The translations under genes were made by a program, and so were the position numbers. A DNA stretch of 64,000 bases, from NCBI RefSeq assembly GCF_011745625.1, contig NW_027191456.1, forward strand, positions 806,001 to 870,000. Direction: 5' to 3'. Positions 59,538 to 64,000 of the stretch are shown here, one piece after another; position 1 is the first letter of the stretch, and each line of letters begins with the position of its first letter. The stretch comes from Cladosporium halotolerans. Lineage: Eukaryota. The notes beneath the pieces were generated by a model that was not told the DNA's origin, did not search any database, and worked only from the letters and a program-made list of their open reading frames with translations.

Positions 59538-60070
59538 GTGTAGAGCGCGAAAATCGCACTGCATGGAAATTGGTATCTTAGCATGTTCGGCGTTTGAGGG
59601 ATGGGTTGATACCTTAGCGTTCTGGAAATGGGAAAAAGCTGCAAAAAGCAGCCATAGTACGACCACACAGGCGCTCCATCTACCTCATCACGGGCTAGAG
59701 AAATCGAATTCCTTCTTCCCGCCCATATGATGTCCCTGCTTTCTATTATTGTCTCTGTCGTAGCATTTTGTAGCGCTTTGCCCGCGGCACAATCAACGCG
59801 GATTGTCGGATGCTGAACCAAACCCCAAATATCGTCTTGTCCTGTTCGACATTCCCTGTATGATAGCTAGGTTACCTACAAGGCTGCTTCTGATGTGCAA
59901 ATCATATAAGTCATCAGTGCACAGCGAAGACGTCGGACTCCATCACCGAACCTCCCTCTCCAACAAACGCCGCAAAGTCCGGGGATCCCACGCCGTGACG
60001 TCCACGCCGCATCCCATCAGGCCCCGAAACCGCCACCTCGCTATACAATCCCTACACAGCTCCAACAAAA

Positions 60071-60642
60071 ATGTCAAAACCCCTCACAACCCGCCTCCTC
60101 TCATCAATTCCCCGAAATCTAGCAAAACCCCCAACCCCAACCCGCACCTTCACCACCACCCCCAACCCAATGGTCTCCCCCGACCAGCTCTCGCCCTCCC
60201 CCGGCGCCGACCCCGCCGCCCTCGCAGCCCAAACCACGCAACTCGTCGACCACGGCCGCTGGCGCCTCTGGGGCGAAGGCAAAGGCCTCGAGCGCCAGTT
60301 CCGCTTCAAAACGTTCAAAGCGACCTGGGTAATGCGGCGCCCCCAAAATCCCTTCAGAAGCTCGCTAACGCTCGCCGATTCGTTAAACAGGATTTCATGT
60401 CCGCGGTGGCCGCCGAGTGCAAGAAGCAAAAGCACCACCCGGAGTGGACGAACGTGTTCAACAAGACGCACGTGCGCTGGACGACGCATGCGCCGGAGGG
60501 GCTGAGCGAGAGGGATACGGCGATGGCGAGGTTTTGCGATGAGGTTGGGGCGCGGTTTGGGGAGGTGGGGGAGGGGGAGGTCGTGGGGAGTTGTGCTGGG
60601 CCTGCTGGTGGTGGGGGGACAGGAAAGGGAGAGGGGGCGTGA
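60071..60642 (+). CDS. Pterin-4-alpha-carbinolamine dehydratase, probably mitochondrial
   Basis: Intron 60329-60390 (GTAATG..GCTAAC..CAG); LERQFRFKTFKATWDFM, KHHPEWTNVFN, WTTH..GLSERD; presequence-like N-terminus. Confidence 0.9.
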
Positions 60643-63600
60643 GGGGAGGTTGAGTTTCAGGCTTGTTGGTGGATGGTGGGTTGGGTCGTGTGTCTTGATA
60701 TGTGAAGGATGGTGGATTCGGGTAATGTGTGTTTGAGTGAATTTATGGTTGAGATATCTATGCTACCACGCTCGGTGCCATGTAGCAGTTGACTATGAAC
60801 GCGGGGCTACCTTAGTTGTCGCGCGCAATGGATAATTCATTATACGGGCAGTCTCTCAAGGTGAGGTTACGTCCTGCATCTTCAGCTTTTCTATGCAGAG
60901 CTTCACCGACAAGATGCAATGTGCCGCAATGCGCTTTTTCGTATTCAGAAAGTTGCTCGTAATACAGTCAGAAGTCGTAAACTCTCCCAGCATATTTCGG
61001 AGAAATATGACATTAAACCTCAATAATGCTGCATCACAGTCAGCGTAAACTTTTATAGTAGGTCTTGCAGGCATCCACCTTGTGGAACGCGATCTGCATA
61101 TCCATATGCATGAAAACGATAAAGTCAGCTTTCAGCGCTTCATCGCAAGCGGTCGCAGCCGGCCGTAAATACCCGAGCAAAAACGTAGCGTGTGTTCAAT
61201 ACAGCTGAATTCAATCGTGATGCCACGTCAGGTGGTGATACTACAGAACGCTCGGCTCGCCCCATGCACTCCTCTGAATAGAGCTGCAATTGATGGAATA
61301 TCCGGATTGAAGTCTTGGTCCTTCGGACTTCCGGATGTGACTACGAGTCCGGGACGAGGACACGTAGAAGCAATAAACATACATTTTCAGAATTCAGGTA
61401 TTGGGTACGGTGATCTACGGGCCTTAGCCTGGGCTTGATGATAACAAGGCTTCAGAGGAAGGCTGCCCGAATTGCAAAAGTAGTGCCTGAGGAATCATGC
61501 ACCCTGGATTACCTCGGGAAGCTTAAGGCCTGCTTCCACCCGATATCACGTATCATCGCTTTCGCAGCTACTGTTGACGATTCATGACATCGTTCCGCGG
61601 CGACCCGAAGCCGCATCTCATGTGATTCCGAAGCATGAAGTAAAGTTGTCGCTCGTAAGGAGCTTTGTCCGAGGGTGTTGTCAAAGTATCCCATCACGGT
61701 GGAGACCATGTCCGTTGACCAGGCATCTAGCTAGAGCAGTTGTACAGCATACCCTGGTCTGCGGATATTCATAAGCTTTTGCGATGTCAGCCGGCGGTCG
61801 CGTAGGATGCTCGTGTCGGGGGTACGTCCGCACATATAAGATCAAATACACATGTCAAGAAATGCAGATAAATGATCAGTCGTCTGCGCTTTCGCATGCG
61901 ATCCGTACAAAAGATCATAAAGTCTAGATTCGTAACGACGTCTCGCTCACGCGAGCTGCAGACGGAAGCTGATCATATTGCAGATGCTTCTATCGCCGTG
62001 ACATATTCTTGGCGATGACACCGCCGCATTCGCCAAGCAGACAACGCAGTCGCTAATGCACGTCTCGGGTGTTGCAAAAGATCAGCGTATAGCAGAAGGC
62101 GCATGCGATGTGCTCCTGGACGAATTCGTACACAGGTCCGAAATAGCAAAAGAAAGCAGTCGTCACAGTGTGATGAGATAAGGCAGCCCAAGTCGCGTAC
62201 GGCCGACATCCCTGTCCCACGTGAGTTTCGGGGACCGCTCCCGGAATCCTGCCTGAACCGGCCGGCGGAGCAGGCCATCAGTGCCAGCCTGCCAGGGAGT
62301 TAGGGACGGCGCGCGAGCAGCACCAACAAGCGCGTCCACGTGCGCGCACCGCCCGGACGAGGTTGCTGCCCAAAAGTACGGTGTGATGTGGTCATGCAAG
62401 CACGGGCGGGCAGCGACCAGGAAATTGGGAAGCGAGACGTCTGGGCAGCGCGCGGTGAGGGTGGAAATGTGAAACATTCCGACTGCCGCGGGCGCTAGCT
62501 GAACGGCGCGCGAGGTTAAACAGACGGCGGACGCGGCGGGAGGAGTGTCTTCTGCGTCGAGCAAGACGCGACACATGTCGCGGGCGGTCGGGTGCGGCAG
62601 GGTATGGGCGCGCGGCTGCAGAAGCGAGATGCGGTGGACGCAGACGCGGTCGGATAAGGTAGTGTTGATGGTGGTGCAGCAGATGCGACTCGTCCACACA
62701 GGCGGCATCTCGACACACGTTCCACGGCCAGCCACAGCAATCTGCTGCCCCGTCAACGCGGACCAGCCAGCCTTGCGCGGCCGCAAACCCAAAGCAACGG
62801 AAGCGCGCCAGGCTAATGCCGGCTGCTCGCCTGGGGCGCTTCTAGCGCGGCGGAAGGACGGTGCGGTGGCAGTAGTGGCGTGGAGGCGGATGCGCATCCC
62901 TGCGCGAGGGCAGCCGCGCGCAAGGCCACAGGCGCGGTGAGGTGCGAAGACAGGAGATCTGGCGGCGGCGGGCGGTGGTGGAAGGGTTGGCGTGCATGGG
63001 GGGTGGCAGATGCTGGCAGACGGCCGGCGTGCTGATTCATGGCGCTGCACTACCGGCCCTGCCATGTGAGTGTGGGTGCACGTGTGGCCGCTGCCCTGCC
63101 CGCCCGTCGTATCGCTATAAGGGTGGAAGGCCTGGCCGGCGCGAGTCCGACGGCACCTGCTGCCTCTCACATCTCCTACACCTCTCCGCCTGCTCGCGTC
63201 GCACAGAGACCCCTCATCGCCTCACTTCATCCATCCCGGACACCGCCAGGCACACCACTCAGGCATCCAACTCGCCGTCATCACCTCTCCGGCTCCCTCT
63301 CTGCCCTCCCCGGATCGGATCTGTCTCACACTTGGACCACCGGCGCACTTCCAAACCTCTGACACCTGCTCTCAACCACGGCGCGTCCATCACCCTGTCT
63401 CTCTGCCACCCAACCAAGCCTCTGGACCAACCGACCAAGCCTTCCCATCGCCAATAATCTCGCCATCCACGGCACCCAAGCTTATCACAAGCATTATTGG
63501 CAACGGCGCCACCCAGCGAAATCATCACTGACGACACCGAAACTCTCCTCATCCCAGCGTAGGGATAAAGCCTCCATCCTCCCTGCCCAGCCGGCGGGCC

Positions 63601-63681
63601 TCCGGTTCCACTCGATCCTGCATACCGCCAACCCAATCTCTACCCGTCTGCCAAGGACATCGCCTTACCAAGCCTTCCACC

Positions 63682-64000
63682 ATGTGTGTCGCCGGTCTGC
63701 ACGTTTCCACTCAGCCCTGCCGGCACCGCTGGTACGAGCTCCTACGCGCCTGCAGCGACGAGCACAACCTGGCCAACTGCCCTCAGAAACTCCGCCTCGA
63801 GGGCTGGGAGACTCGAAGAGAAAGCTGCCCATGGTGTGAACCCAACGCAAACGACGACGAAGTCGCCATCTCAAACTCCACGCACCGCCTCTTCGGCAGC
63901 ACATCCTCAGCCAGCAGCTCCGTCTCCTCATCGCCCATCCTCCCTCCTGCAGGCAGACCCCAGATGCTTCGCTGCGGCAGCGACGGCACCCTGAGTACCC
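63682..64000 (+). CDS. 5' part of a hypothetical Cys-motif protein running off the window
   Basis: caccATG; MCVAGLHVSTQPCRHRWYELLRAC..NLANC..EGWE..CPWC open to the window end; not in the ORF track because it lacks a stop. Confidence 0.7.
   Translation, partial: MCVAGLHVSTQPCRHRWYELLRACSDEHNLANCPQKLRLEGWETRRESCPWCEPNANDDEVAISNSTHRLFGSTSSASSSVSSSPILPPAGRPQMLRCGSDGTLST

Noticed and set aside
61434..61491. TGATGA...CTGA pair
   Set aside because: Only ~57 nt, weak terminal stem, and any rRNA complementarity is at chance level
1..64000. CRISPR arrays, transposons, rRNA genes
   Set aside because: Eukaryotic DNA; no repeat-spacer array, transposase/RT ORF, terminal repeats, AT-rich RIP blocks or rRNA sequence seen

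Overview
Gene-dense fungal genomic DNA with short GT-AG introns and CTRAY branch points. A Dothideomycete (Mycosphaerellales-like) origin is my inference from intron style and the expanded F-box-like families. I can support about 27 protein-coding loci, including an Old Yellow Enzyme, an Hcs1/IGHMBP2 helicase, a Pex28/29 peroxin, NHP2, an arylsulfotransferase, PCC1, an amidase, a Zn2Cys6 factor, SAM35, a membrane-anchored kinase, a BTB protein, ERG6, SLT11, PDB1, POL1, RPL13 and PCBD, plus two tRNAs (Thr-AGT and intron-containing Leu-CAA). The most notable part is the apparently empty interval at ~31.0-32.1 kb. It holds a minus-strand non-coding spliced locus with an intronic box C/D snoRNA (snR71-like), two further unidentified structured RNA elements and a cluster of telomere-repeat motifs. 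Other oddities: an anticodon-mimic hairpin inside the tRNA-Leu intron, long introns that fold back on themselves, F-box-like genes with an in-frame TAG or a GTG start, and repeated C/A-to-G/T skew switches. All calls were made by eye; no database search or folding program was run.
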